This document shows positions 23,703-34,718 of a stretch of DNA of 64,000 nucleotides, in pieces. The stretch spans positions 1 through 64,000 of the forward strand of contig JAPMXV010000059.1 in assembly GCA_026936335.1 (NCBI GenBank), in the 5' to 3' direction. The stretch's first letter is position 1. Each line of letters opens with the position of its first letter. Below the pieces are notes generated by a model. It did no database searches, was not told the DNA's origin, and saw only the letters and a program-made list of their open reading frames with translations. The translations under genes were made by a program, and so were the position numbers. The stretch is from Mantamonas sphyraenae STR306. Taxonomy: Eukaryota; Protista; CRuMs.

Positions 23703-24588
23703 CTAGTCCTCCTTGCCAGGGACCGGTGCCTCCTTGCCCGTGGCAGCGGCACGCTTGCGCAGCTCGGCGGTGTCTTGCTCGCCTGCGGGCTTGCTGGAGG
23801 AGGACAGCGCCTCGCCGACAGCGTTGCGCACGCTCTCGTTGTTCTTGACATAGTCGATGGTGGTCTCGAGTGCCTGCTGGCCCAACTCGGTGGCTGCAGA
23901 CAGACCCTGCTTGGCCAGACGCTGGCTGGCCTCCTTGCTCTTGTTGGCCAGCTCCTCCAGGTTCTCGTCCAGCGACTTTTCGTGTTGCTTCAGCCACGGG
24001 TGCACAAACTTGTCATACACCACCAGCGCTCCCTGTACACACAGCACACAGTGTCCGTGTCGTCCCCACGAGGTCCCAACGCACCGTCCACACGACAACC
24101 GCGGCAGCAAACGCGTCAGCCAAATTCCATCCTCCGAAATGGCCCTCTGGCGCCTTTGCTGGGCACCACGCCGCTCCGGGGCGCCACCGGCACTCTTCTC
24201 CGCCGTCCCATCGTGGCACCACTTCCCTCTCTACTCACCTGTGTCGAGGGCAGTTGCAGCCACAGCACCAGTCCCAGCTTCAGCTCGTAGTAGAACGGGA
24301 ACCTGCACGGAATTGCGTCAGCACGCGTGCCACGATTTTTGCAACGGCCCAACACTCGGCCCGGCGCCACAGCACCGCAAGAGCACCGTGCACGCCAACT
24401 CACCAAGACACCAGCACGTCCATGAGACCCTCCACGACGGCAAACAGGCTAAACACGATCCAGTACGTCAGCCACTGCTGGTCGTCCTGAATGTCGTCGT
24501 GCGTCTCCAGCGCCTTGAAGCTGCAGTACGACGGGTACACAAATCCCAGCAGCAAACCCAACGGCTTTGACAAAACCCAACCAATCAT
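23703..24588 (-). CDS. TB2/DP1/HVA22 (REEP/Yop1) ER-shaping membrane protein
   Basis: LGFVYPSYCSFKALE..DDQQWLTYWIVFS..WFPFYYELKL..WLQLP..GALVVYDKFVHP. Introns 24303-24403 and 24033-24238 (GTGAGT..AG) keep the frame. Confidence 0.92.
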
Positions 24589-24635
24589 TTGTTGATGATG
24601 TTTTTTTCCAGTGGCAGCACAGTCGCGTTCGGTTT

Positions 24636-25733
24636 TCACGTCTCCTCCGTCTCCTCCTGCTCCTCATCGTCCTGCTCGCTGACCACCTTGACGTCATCGC
24701 TGCTGCTTGCTCCAGCGTTTGCGCTTGCCTCGTTGCTGGCCCCATGTTCGCGTTCCCATGCCTGCTGTTTGGCAAACGCATCGTCAAAGATCTTCAGCAG
24801 CGGTCGGTGACGATCGTCCCTCACGCAGATAGCCCGTGGCATCCCAGAATGAGTTCTTGGTCGCACGTTCGGGCTTCGACACCAGCCAACGCACGGCGTT
24901 CTCCTGACCCATCCATGCTGCGTGGTAGAAAAGCGACTTGCCCTCCTTGTCCTTTGCGTTGACGTCTGCACCATGCTGCACCAGACACTTCACCATCTCA
25001 AAGTTGCCCGCACGAATGGCATTGCGCAACGGCGTGCCTCCTTCTTCCGTCTCCACTGCATCCGGGTTTGCCCCTCCCTCCAGCAGCGCCTCGGCAAGTT
25101 CGATTTGCAGAAACTGGTTCTCGGAGCCCACCAGCAATGCCAGCTCATGCAGTGCCGTCACGCCCTTCAGGTCTCCTTTGGAAGGATCCGCCCCCTTTTC
25201 AATGAGGAATTTCACCAGCTCCACGTCCTTCTTTCTGCAAAAACGGCGGTTGAAAAGTTGAGAATTCGCGTCAGCTCCATGTCGGGGTTCCCCGAACAAA
25301 AAGCAAGCGCAGTGCCCCATCGCAGCACCCTTCAGGTATCGCTCCCGACACAAATCTCATGCAGCCACAAACTATACACAGAGTCCATGCATTGCAGTCT
25401 GGCACCGCATGCGACTGCGGTGCCCGTGCAAGCCTGACAAGAAAACTCGTCAACAACGTCAAAAAACACTCACCCGCAGGCGTAGTGCAAGGGCGTTCGG
25501 CCGCGGAATCCACCTGCACTCAGATCTGCCCCCTTTTCTGCCAGCCATGCTGCTCCAGCAAGCCTCTTCTTGAACGACTTGTTGGCGCCACAAACGTGGC
25601 AGATGGCAGGGCCGTCAATTCCCACATGCGCGTTGATGTCCAGCCCGGCGTCCAACGCCTTTTGCATGCCGGACGTGCTGCACTTGTCCGAACTGCTCTC
25701 CATGCGTTCCTTTGCGCTTTGGTTGTTTCCCAT
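24636..25733 (-). CDS. Ankyrin repeat protein, possibly N-myristoylated (MGNNQS)
   Basis: GRTPLHYACG / intron ~25235-25474 / KKDVELVKFLIEKGAD..GVTALHELA..GGTPLRNAIRAG. An apparent frameshift near 24870 leads to an acidic C-terminus with stop at 24636. Confidence 0.75.
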
Positions 25734-25915
25734 GTTTGCTTTTCTGTGTTGTCTATGCGAGAAGGTGGTTTCCATCGCGCTCCACTCTGCACTCATCCCA
25801 CAATGACACTTGCATTCATGCTCACTCCATTCCCAAATCCCCCACACTCTGCACCAAACCTCCACCTGCGCCCATGCCCTTGCCCTTCCCAATCCAAGCC
25901 AATTCCAACACGACC

Positions 25916-26793
25916 ATGTTCCGTTCCGTCGCCACCCCGTCCCACTCCTCCAACCTGATGTACATAGCAACCAGGGCTGGCACTACCATGGCTCATCTTT
26001 CTACAGCCTCCTCTTCCTCTTCCACCTCTCGAAGGCGGCCTGCCAAGGCTGTCCTCACCATGGTCCGTTTGCTCCTCCCTGCCCCACCCCCCTCCCTCAC
26101 CAGTCCACCTTTCCGCCTCACACATGTCCCCAATACAGACCCCAGCCGCCGTGGAACGTGTAAAAACTCTCATGCAGCAGCGCAAGGACGCAGACCAGCT
26201 CCTGGGCGTCCGGATCGGCGCAAAGACTCGTGGCTGTTCCGGCATCTCCTATACCCTCGAGTATGCCAAGGAGAAGAACAAGTATGACGAAACCGTGGAA
26301 GAGCAAGGTATGTTGTGAATCATCATCCCCCCTTTCCCGCCTATATCCCTCCCTGTGGCTCATTTTCCGTCCGATGCCAAAAGGCGTCACTGTGCTCGTT
26401 GATCCCAAGGCCCTCATGTACGTACTGGGCACACAGATGGACTTTGTCACAGACAAACTCAGCAGCCAGTTTGTCTTTTCCAATCCCAACGCTACAGGCA
26501 TGTGCGGCTGTGGCCAATCCTTTTCCTTTGAAATTCCCCGCAATCAGCAGCTTGCCTCTGCCTCCTCCTCCTCCTCCTCCTCCACAACTGCCGCCGCGCA
26601 GCCACAGGCCATCCAAGATGACGACCAAGACGACTGGGGCTTCTTGGACGACGACAAAGACGACGCAGATGACGACAACCTCATTTCCATCGTCCAGCCC
26701 GCCGATCCCTCCGATCCGGGCCTGTCCACCATTGAATCCTCATCCACACGCACCAAACGCGGCATCGTTGTTAGTACCAACCGAGACGCGTGA
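25916..26793 (+). CDS. ISCA1: Mitochondrial iron-sulfur cluster assembly protein IscA/ISCA1
   Basis: S/R-rich presequence; TRGCSGISYTLEY, VLVDPKALMYVLGTQMDFV, FVFSNPNATGMCGCGQSF. Introns 26063-26138 and 26308-26383. Confidence 0.92.
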
Positions 26794-26831
26794 CCCAACA
26801 AAGGACTGAATTGTGCAATGCCACCACCTCA

Positions 26832-28176
26832 TCATCTCCTGCGCCCCTGCTTCTTCTTCCCGCCTGCTCCGCGCCTCTTGCCACCACTGCCCCCGCCCGC
26901 ACTCGACGACTGTCCGTCCACCTCGGGACTCAATGTGATCACACTGCCGTTTTGGAGCTCGTCCTTGTTCGGAGACGCCGCAATCTTGTCCTGTGTCTCC
27001 AGAAAGAACATCAGGTCTCGCACCTGCGCCTCCAGCTCTTCGATGTGCGCATCCTTCTTTGCCAGAGCCTTTGCATGCGCCTCTTCCATGGCACCCACCT
27101 TGCCCTGCCACTGCCGTGTCCCCTCTGTCAGCGTCTCGTTCAGGTGCTTCAGAAACTCGTTGTCCTCCTGCAGCGCCGCCCTCTCGCTCTCCACACTCTT
27201 CATGCTTTTGGTTGCCTTCTTCACACGCCCTTCCAACTCTTTCACTTGCTCAGTACGCTTCTTCAGCTCCTCCTCCCTCTCTCCCAGCTTCGACTCGTAG
27301 TACATCCGTTGCGCCTCAAGCTGGCTCGTCAGCAGAAACTCGTACTCGGCTGCAATCGACTCCAACTTGGCCACTTCCATCTGTTCCATGTACACCGGAT
27401 CGCCTCGCTTGCCTCCCCGCTCCCCTTCGGGCTCCGGCAGCTCCACCAGCTTGCCGTCGAGCTTGTTCTGGATCAACCTGTGCACATATCCGTCACCAGC
27501 ATAGTCCCACACCCGTTGCGTGGCAATTTCCATGCTGTAGGTGTGCTTTGTCTGTTCATAGTGGTGCAGCGCATGCTGCCCGGCAAAACGCCCGCAGCCG
27601 ATGAAGCCACAGATCACGCAGATCCACAGCTGTTCTGTCGACTCGCACACCTCGCAAAACGAGTCGATGTCTTGTTCGGGCTGGTAGTACCTGCACACGG
27701 GACAGTCATTCTGTCCCCATCGTGCAAGGCATTCCGTGTGGAAGCTGTGGTTGCACAGGATCGTCAACATGCCACTCACCGTCGTGTCCATGCGCTCCAA
27801 GCACACTGCGCATTGTGGCAGAATCGTAAACTTGTCTGGTGGGAAGCACGACGTCAGGTGGGCGTCCTCCAGCGCATTCTTGCCCTCGGGTTCCAGAAAC
27901 TCCACCGACGCCACATACAACAGGTGGCACAGCTCTCCCTCCAGCGAGTTGAACCGCGAGCCGTTGTGATGCACGAAAAACTCGTCTGCGCTCGCCTGGT
28001 CCACAAAGCTCATCAGCACCGTGTACTTGTTCGGCGTGTCGTCTCGCACAATCCGCAAATTCCTCATGTGCGACGTAAACACGCCACAGAACTGCAGAAA
28101 CTCGCTGCAACCGATGCGTGTCGGCACTGCCAGTGCTGCTAGGAGTGGCTGACGGTCCTCCTGTGTGTGTATGTGC

Positions 28177-28215
<39 letters not shown>

Positions 28216-29001
28216 AGCCCCAGTTGCGTGGTTGTCTCTCTCCTTCCTCCCGCAATCTCCACCTACAGGCAGATACCGCTCCTTCTCCAGCAGAAGCATG
28301 CTCTTTTCGTCAATGCCTGTCATCTTCTTTGTGCTGTCGTCTCCTGTGCTCGAATCCTGCGGAAGCGGAGTTTGCGCTTCCAACCCCCCATTGCTTTCCC
28401 GCGTCTCTCCCTCCTGCTCGCTGTCCTCATGGCTGTCCACGGCGTCGTCGTCGTTGTCCTCTGCTGCAGAGGATGTGTGCAATGTTCGCTTGCTCTTGCG
28501 CGAGCGCACCTCGGTCCATCCCTCGCCGCCGCTGCCGCCGCCGCCGCTGCTGCTGCTGCTGCTGCTTCCGCTCAGTGTTCGATCAAGAGAATTCCCAGCT
28601 GTGTCGTGGCCCCGTGTGGCCGCCACAATGTCCTCTGCACTGCCCAACGCCTTCATGGGCGACACACTGGTGTGCAGGTGGACCACCGTCTTCTTCTCCA
28701 TGAACAGATGCACTCGTCCTCGCTGCAGTTGCACAGACGGATTTCCGCTTTGCACGTTCAGCAGTGCCTCGCCGTTGTTCACTGTCGAGCCCTGCACGTC
28801 ACCGCTCACCTGGCGTTCCAACGATGCGTCTGCAAGCACGCTCCATCCCTGTTCGAAAGCATCGGCCACCTCGTCATACGGCGTCACCACAACCACCTCC
28901 TCGTCCTCTTCTCCCTCGCCGTCTCCTGCTTCGTCCGCAGGCCTACTGCTCACTGACAAATGGTACGTGGATGCACGTGCATGTCGGTCAACACTGTGCA
29001 T
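26832..29001 (-). CDS. BRAP: BRCA1-associated protein (BRAP2/IMP) E3 ligase: BRAP2 domain, RING, ZnF-UBP, coiled coil
   Basis: RIVRDDTPNKYTVLMSF..NGSRFNSLEGELC; CAVCLERMD..CNHSFHTECL..CPVCRY; LWICVICGFIGCGRF..HA..HY; QRVWDYAGDGYVHRLIQNK. Intron 28161-28266. Confidence 0.93.
28162..28214. repeat. (GT/CA)n microsatellite inside the BRAP intron
   Basis: Directly visible TG run. Other simple repeats: (CT)n ~35119-35160 and ~38891-38915, (CAG)n ~56699-56731, (CA)n ~57751-57770 and ~58673-58714. Confidence 0.9.
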
Positions 29002-29113
29002 GCCAGGCGTGGGTGCAGTTTGGGGTTGTTTCGTTGTTGCCTTCCGCGCTTCCTGCGCCACTGCCACAAAGGCAAACTCATTCAACGTCAACGCGTCACG
29101 TCAAGAGTGTGTC

Positions 29114-32100
29114 ATGTCCAGTGACGACTCTACCATCGACCTGTTGCACCAGCTTGCGCAGGCCCTGGGTGTGGACGACCCGCCCAAACGCATCTGGCGC
29201 ACCCTGCTATTTCCTGGAAGCCGCGTGCCGCAGACACTTCCGTCACAGAGGCAACACGTACGTGATCCCTCATGCTCACCATCTGCCTCCTTGTCTCCAT
29301 GTGCACCGTGGTTGCTGCGCAAACCCTCGTTCTCGATCTTGGCGCCAAAATCCACTGACACCCTCGCGCATGTGTCTGCACAGAACAACACTGTGGCCAC
29401 CAACCAGGCCATTCTTGCACTGGCCCGGCAGAAGCGTCAAGCCGAATCGCATGTTCTGCAAGGCCTTGTACAGCAGATGCGCGCGAGGGATCAGCTCCAG
29501 CCCATTGTCGGGAAGCGGCACAGCACGGCACGAAGCACACATGCCGCTCATGTGCTCACTCTCAGCAACCCAGAGGCGCTGTTGGCCGTGCTGCACGCGC
29601 TGTCAAACATGGAAGAGCATCCAAAGGCACTGGCGCTGCACACGCTGAGTGCTTCTTCGCAAGCGCTGCTGCGAGACCAGCAAGAAGATTCGGACGTGTA
29701 TACAGATTGGATGCACCCGCTGGAGAAGCAGTGTAGCAACAGTGTGGACTCTTCCCTGCTCAAGAACATGTTCCAATCGTCTGCAAACGAGCCAACGTCG
29801 TCGTTGGCCGCCACCATCAACTCGGGCAACCGCTCTGCGTACCAAAGTCACATGCTGGGAACCCTGCGCCAGCTCATGGACCTTCCTGCCCTCGATGTAC
29901 AAACAAACGGCACAGAGACGCTGTTGGTGGGTGTAGAGGAGGTTGAGGCCAACAAGGAAAACACTGCGCTGGTGTGGCTGGACAATCCATCGGCATCGGT
30001 GCAGCTCCTCCACAGTTGGGACCCATGGACCCATGGGTCGGTCAAACCAGGCGAGTTGGCTGTGGATCTGCTGAGCGAAGCTGGGGCCGATGCCTTTGAG
30101 ACTGCATATTCTGCACACTTCGCCAGCAAGTTTCTGGATGGGACCCTGGTGCTGAGCGAGCCATTGGTTGTACGTGCACTTCTCTTTCTGCTGCATGGTA
30201 CGCCGTCGTCGCTGTACACGCTGGACACACACCAGATGAGCTTTGAGGCAACGCAGCCGTTCCGTCTCCAGCACATGGACACGGTGTCGACGGCGAATCT
30301 GGTCCACCACTTTGTAGAGGCTGGCACGTTGGTGCATCGTCTGCGTCGCCTGGTGCGTCTGCTGACCACAGGACCGCGTGCGAGCGCCATGGGTGCCACG
30401 GCACAAGCGTTTGCCTGGTCTGTGCACAAGTACCTCACCCACCTGGACGCCTATCTGGTGGGCGTGCAGGCACTGATTGTGCGTGACGTCGGTTCCTTGT
30501 CACTGTTCCAACTGCTTGTGCGCACGCGGCTGGTGCGTCAGCAGTTGCTGCAGCTTGCACAGATTTGCCTGCTCAGCGATGCTCAAATGGGCGCCAAGAC
30601 CACCGATGTGGATGCACACGTGTACGAAAACCTCCCGCGCGGCGCATCTCTGATCGATCACGTGTACAGCATGTGTGTACAGTCGGACAGCGATGGTTTG
30701 CTGTTGTCGCTTCTCATCGACACCCTCCAACCCTACCTGGTGTCCCTCTACCGATGGATCTACCACGGCCAAGCAGCAAGTGATGAGTTTGTGGTTGGAG
30801 CACACGAGGAAGTGACTGTGCACCACGACGCCTTCTGGGACGCTGGGGCTCTGGATCGGGGCAACCAAGCCTTGCCGCAATTCCTGCAGCGTGTGCATGC
30901 CCATATTGTGACATGTGGCAAAGCCATGCAGGTGCTACATTCGTTTGACGCATCACATTACATGGTGCGACTGAGTGGTGAGGCGCTGCCGCTGCGCATC
31001 GCTTTGAGCACGCCGCAGCTGCACCATCTGCGACAAGTGCGGCTGCGCATGCTGAACAGGGCCAACTATGAAGCCATGCGGTTGGAATTGGCCAGTCAGG
31101 TGGCAGGGGTGCCACTGGAACAAGGCACGTACAAGGAGATGTTGGAACAGGCTGCCCGTCGACACCAGCAGCGGCTGCGCACGAGCGGACACCACCAGGA
31201 CGTTGTGCGTGCTCGTCAGCAGGAGTGGATGGCCCAACTGCAGGTGCAGATGCAGGAACAACGGGAGCGGAGAATGGAAGCAGCGCAGGCGGCTCGGCAG
31301 GAAGAACTGGCTTGGTTGGCCGAACAAAGCAGCCAAGAGAACTTGACTGTGGGACCACTGGCTCGGCGCACGGGCACCCTTGCCGATTTCGAGACACTCA
31401 AGGAACAAGCGAGGCAGGAGATGGAAGCCATGTATGCCGAACAGACGCGTGAGGCCAATGAGCGCATTCGACGATTCGAATGGCGCGCACGGCGCCTCGA
31501 TTTGCAAGCCGACCGCCTTGCGCTGGTCTTTGCAAACAATGACGAGGAAATGGCATACTGGCAGAGTGAAAGCGCACCAGTGAAGAGGGCAGGTGGTGGC
31601 TTTGTGTGGCAGCCTCGATGGCGTGCGGTTGGTCGTGGCGGTGGCACAGACCCTACGACGACAGGCGAGGAAGACACAGGGCACGTGGCATGGACTGAAG
31701 ACGGTGGAGACGAGCCTACAAACACCGATGTGGTGTGGGAAAGCCAGGAGGAGGCGATGGAGGACTCCTCCGCAGCAGAGGATTCAACAACGCAGGCTGA
31801 GGGTGACGTGACTTGGGACGACGCAGCAGAGGACACAGAAGGCAGCAAAGCGTGGGCGGAACCCGTGTTTGAACTGCCCCGTGTGATGGACGAGCAACGG
31901 GTGGAGGAAGATGACGAAGCCGAGGAGGAGGAGGACGTGGTGGAGTTGGCGTCGCTGGATGGCAGCGATGCAGAGTCGACTGCGTCTTTGTCGGGCATCC
32001 AAGTCGTGGATGTGATCCATGTGCACGAGATGGAGGAGGGAGGAGAAAACAACGTGGTCGATGATGAGGATATCTTGACGGTGGTGACCACGGCGTCGTC

Positions 32101-33284
32101 CTCCTCTGCCCCCCCCTATGGACATGGACGTGGAGTGGCATCGTGTCAACCCACTCATTGTGGACCAGGATGGCGTCAGACAGAAGGCAGATACGGCGTT
32201 GCCCGTGGCCTTGCTTCTTCAACACAGCATCGTGGATTCCATCCTGATGCAGTTCCACTTGAGCAACGCGGCTGTGCTGCGCGTGTTTGTGCGCGATCTC
32301 GATGTGGAGACACATCTGCAATGGCTGCGCAAGCTGTATCTGATGGAAGCCGGTCTGTTTGCAGACCAACTGTGTTCCAGCCTGTTTGGACGGTTGCAGC
32401 AAGGGACACCATGGCTGAGCACGGATGCTCTCAACACACAGTTGCAGATGGCTTTGGACACAGCGGGACTGGCAGAGGATGACCATGCGCAGCTGTTCCG
32501 CTTTCGTGTCCAGCCACAGGAGGACAGTGACAAGGTGGACGGGCAGGAGGCGGCACGGTATCGTGTGCACGACCTGGCAGCGCTGGACCACCTGCGCCTG
32601 GAGTACGCATGCTCGTGGCCATTGACGCTGGTGTTGGACTCTTCCTCCATGGATGCGTACAACCGTGTGTTTTCCTTTCTGCTGCGCATGAAGCGAGCCA
32701 CGTATGTCCTGCGGCAAATCTGGGTGGCGCTGCAGGTGGCCTGGCAACGCAGTCGTGCGAGCAAGGCGCAACTGCGGCGTCTGCAGCTGTTTCGACACCA
32801 GATGGAACACTTTGTGGCCACCATGCAGGGGTACATTATTAACCAGGTCATCCAGGTGACCTGGCAACGGCTGGTGACACGCATCCAGTCGTCGGTGCGC
32901 ACATTGGATGACCTGCGTGCCGCGCATGCAGACTACGTCGACGAACTCATGTTTTGCTGCTTGCTCAATCCCAAGGCCAAGGTGGCCATGCAGATGATCA
33001 ACTCCATGCTGGGGTTCATCCTGCAGTTTGAAGCGCTGACGCGTCGCTTTGTCGACGATGGCTCGGGACTCCACGAGATGCATGCCATCATGCAGAGCTT
33101 CTCCAAGCACAGCGACTTTCTCTTTCTCGTGCTCACAAAGCTGGTTGCCAAGAGCTACCAGCCCCACATGGAAGATCTTCTCCTGCGCCTGGATTTCTCC
33201 GGCCGCAAGGCTGCCGGCAGCAGCAGCTCTGCACACAGCTCGTCCTCCTCCTCTGCTGCAACAGGTGGCAAGACTCGGTTTTGA
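29114..33284 (+). CDS. TUBGCP6: Gamma-tubulin complex component (Spc97/Spc98 family), most like GCP6
   Basis: GRIP1-like region (LVVRALLFLLHGTPS, QPYLVSLYRWIYHG, LPQFLQ..IVTCGKAMQVL), long coiled-coil/acidic insert, then GRIP2 (HLQWLRKLYLMEAG, LRLEYACSWPLTLV, YNRVFSFLLRMK, LLLRLDFS). One extra C in the run at 32109-32116 splits the ORF. Confidence 0.8.
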
Positions 33285-33352
33285 AGTGCAGTGTGTTGTT
33301 GAGATGGAAGAAGCACACGAGCCACGGAGCAGGCCAATGAAAATCCACCGCA

Positions 33353-34156
33353 ATGTCCACGTTTGAGGAGGAGGGTGAGTGTGCTGCACGCACAAAGGAT
33401 ACACACTGTCACTCACTGTGCCGACTCTAAACGAGCTCACATCCACCCTCCCATCACAGTGGGCCTTTTTCAAGAGGTGGCGTTGGATCTGGAGCATCCA
33501 ACCCCCAAACAACTGTCGCAGAAGTTGATGACGGCTGTGGTGAGTGGCAACATGGAAGGTGTCGTGCAGGCGTTGAACATGGGTGCAGACGTCAATCTGC
33601 CGTTCAAAATGGGCAACAAGCGCGAGGAGGAGTTGCCGCTGGTGGCAGCGATCGGGGAAGACGATGTGGAGCTGTGCGACTGCTTCTGGATCATGGAGCA
33701 CGCGTGGATACGCCGCTAAAGTCAGGAAGAACCATCTTCTCCTTTGCAGCGCTTCGTGCTCGCTTGACCATCCTTGAATTGCTTGTGGACGCTGGTGCCG
33801 ACCCGTTCCAGCGGGGAAGCAAGGATGAGACAGCCCTCATGCTCGCCGCTTTCGGAAACCGAGTGGAAACCGTGGAATGGCTTCTGGGAATGGGAATGGA
33901 CGTCAACGCAGAGACGTCGTCCGGCTGGACGGCCTTGTTGCTTGCTGCGAGGCGTCCCGGCACCCAGCTCGTGCCCATGCTGGTGGAGGCCGGCGCTGAC
34001 GTTTACTCCTCCCAACCAAGCTCTTCCACAGCCCTCTTTTATGCCATCCGCAACAGCAACGACGCAAACGCAAGCGGCCCCAATGGCAAGACTGTGTTCT
34101 CGCTGGCCGAAACTGTGGGATCGGAGGAGGTGTTGACTTTCTTTCAATGTGCATAA
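33353..34156 (+). CDS. Ankyrin repeat protein
   Basis: MSTFEEE / intron 33375-33459 (GTGAGT..GCTCAC..CAG). ANK repeats ETALMLAA and GWTALLLAA; 1-nt frameshift at ~33674. Confidence 0.75.
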
Positions 34157-34399
34157 ATGTGTGGTCCATGTGTGGAGCAAGGGGGAGAAGAGAGTCCACG
34201 AAAAGAGTCACCAAATCCCATCCAGCCATCTCATTTCCACTTCTACTCCACATCCCCCTGTCTTCCATTGGCCATTCTCATTCTCATCGTGTGGTGCACT
34301 CGCCCGCAGTTGCTCGCCGCCGGATTCCTCAATTCCCTGTCAGACGGGTTGGCAGTCCGGAGACGCTTGTCCGGAGCTGCAGCAGCCGCGGTTTCCGTC

Positions 34400-34645
34400 T
34401 CACCCTGAATGCTGGTGGGGTTGCTCACCCAACATGAACTTCCAAATGGCCACCAAAAAGGGCAGCGAATGATAAAACAAGTCGAAAATGTCCAGGGGGC
34501 GAGTGAGACGGCCTTCGCGAAGGAAGCGCAGCTTCTCGACAATGTGTGGCTCGGGAACAAAGGGAGCCAAGCCCAGAGTCAAACACATGATGAGAACCAT
34601 GGACCATGGCACATGGATGACCATCTCCCTGACAGTGTCGAGCAT
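34400..34645 (-). CDS. Small (81-aa) membrane protein resembling a conserved uncharacterised bacterial family (LGLAPFxPEPHxxEKL..RPxDIFDL)
   Basis: MLDTVREMVIHVPWSMVLIMCLTLGLAPFVPEPHIVEKLRFLREGRLTRPLDIFDLFYHSLPFLVAIWKF; intronless. Family resemblance recalled from memory. Confidence 0.72.
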   Translation of the reverse strand: MLDTVREMVIHVPWSMVLIMCLTLGLAPFVPEPHIVEKLRFLREGRLTRPLDIFDLFYHSLPFLVAIWKFMLGEQPHQHSG

Positions 34646-34718
34646 GTGTGCTTGTCGCGTTGCGATTCGATGTTGCTGCGTCGACGCAACCCACGCAACC
34701 CACTCACCACACCCATCA

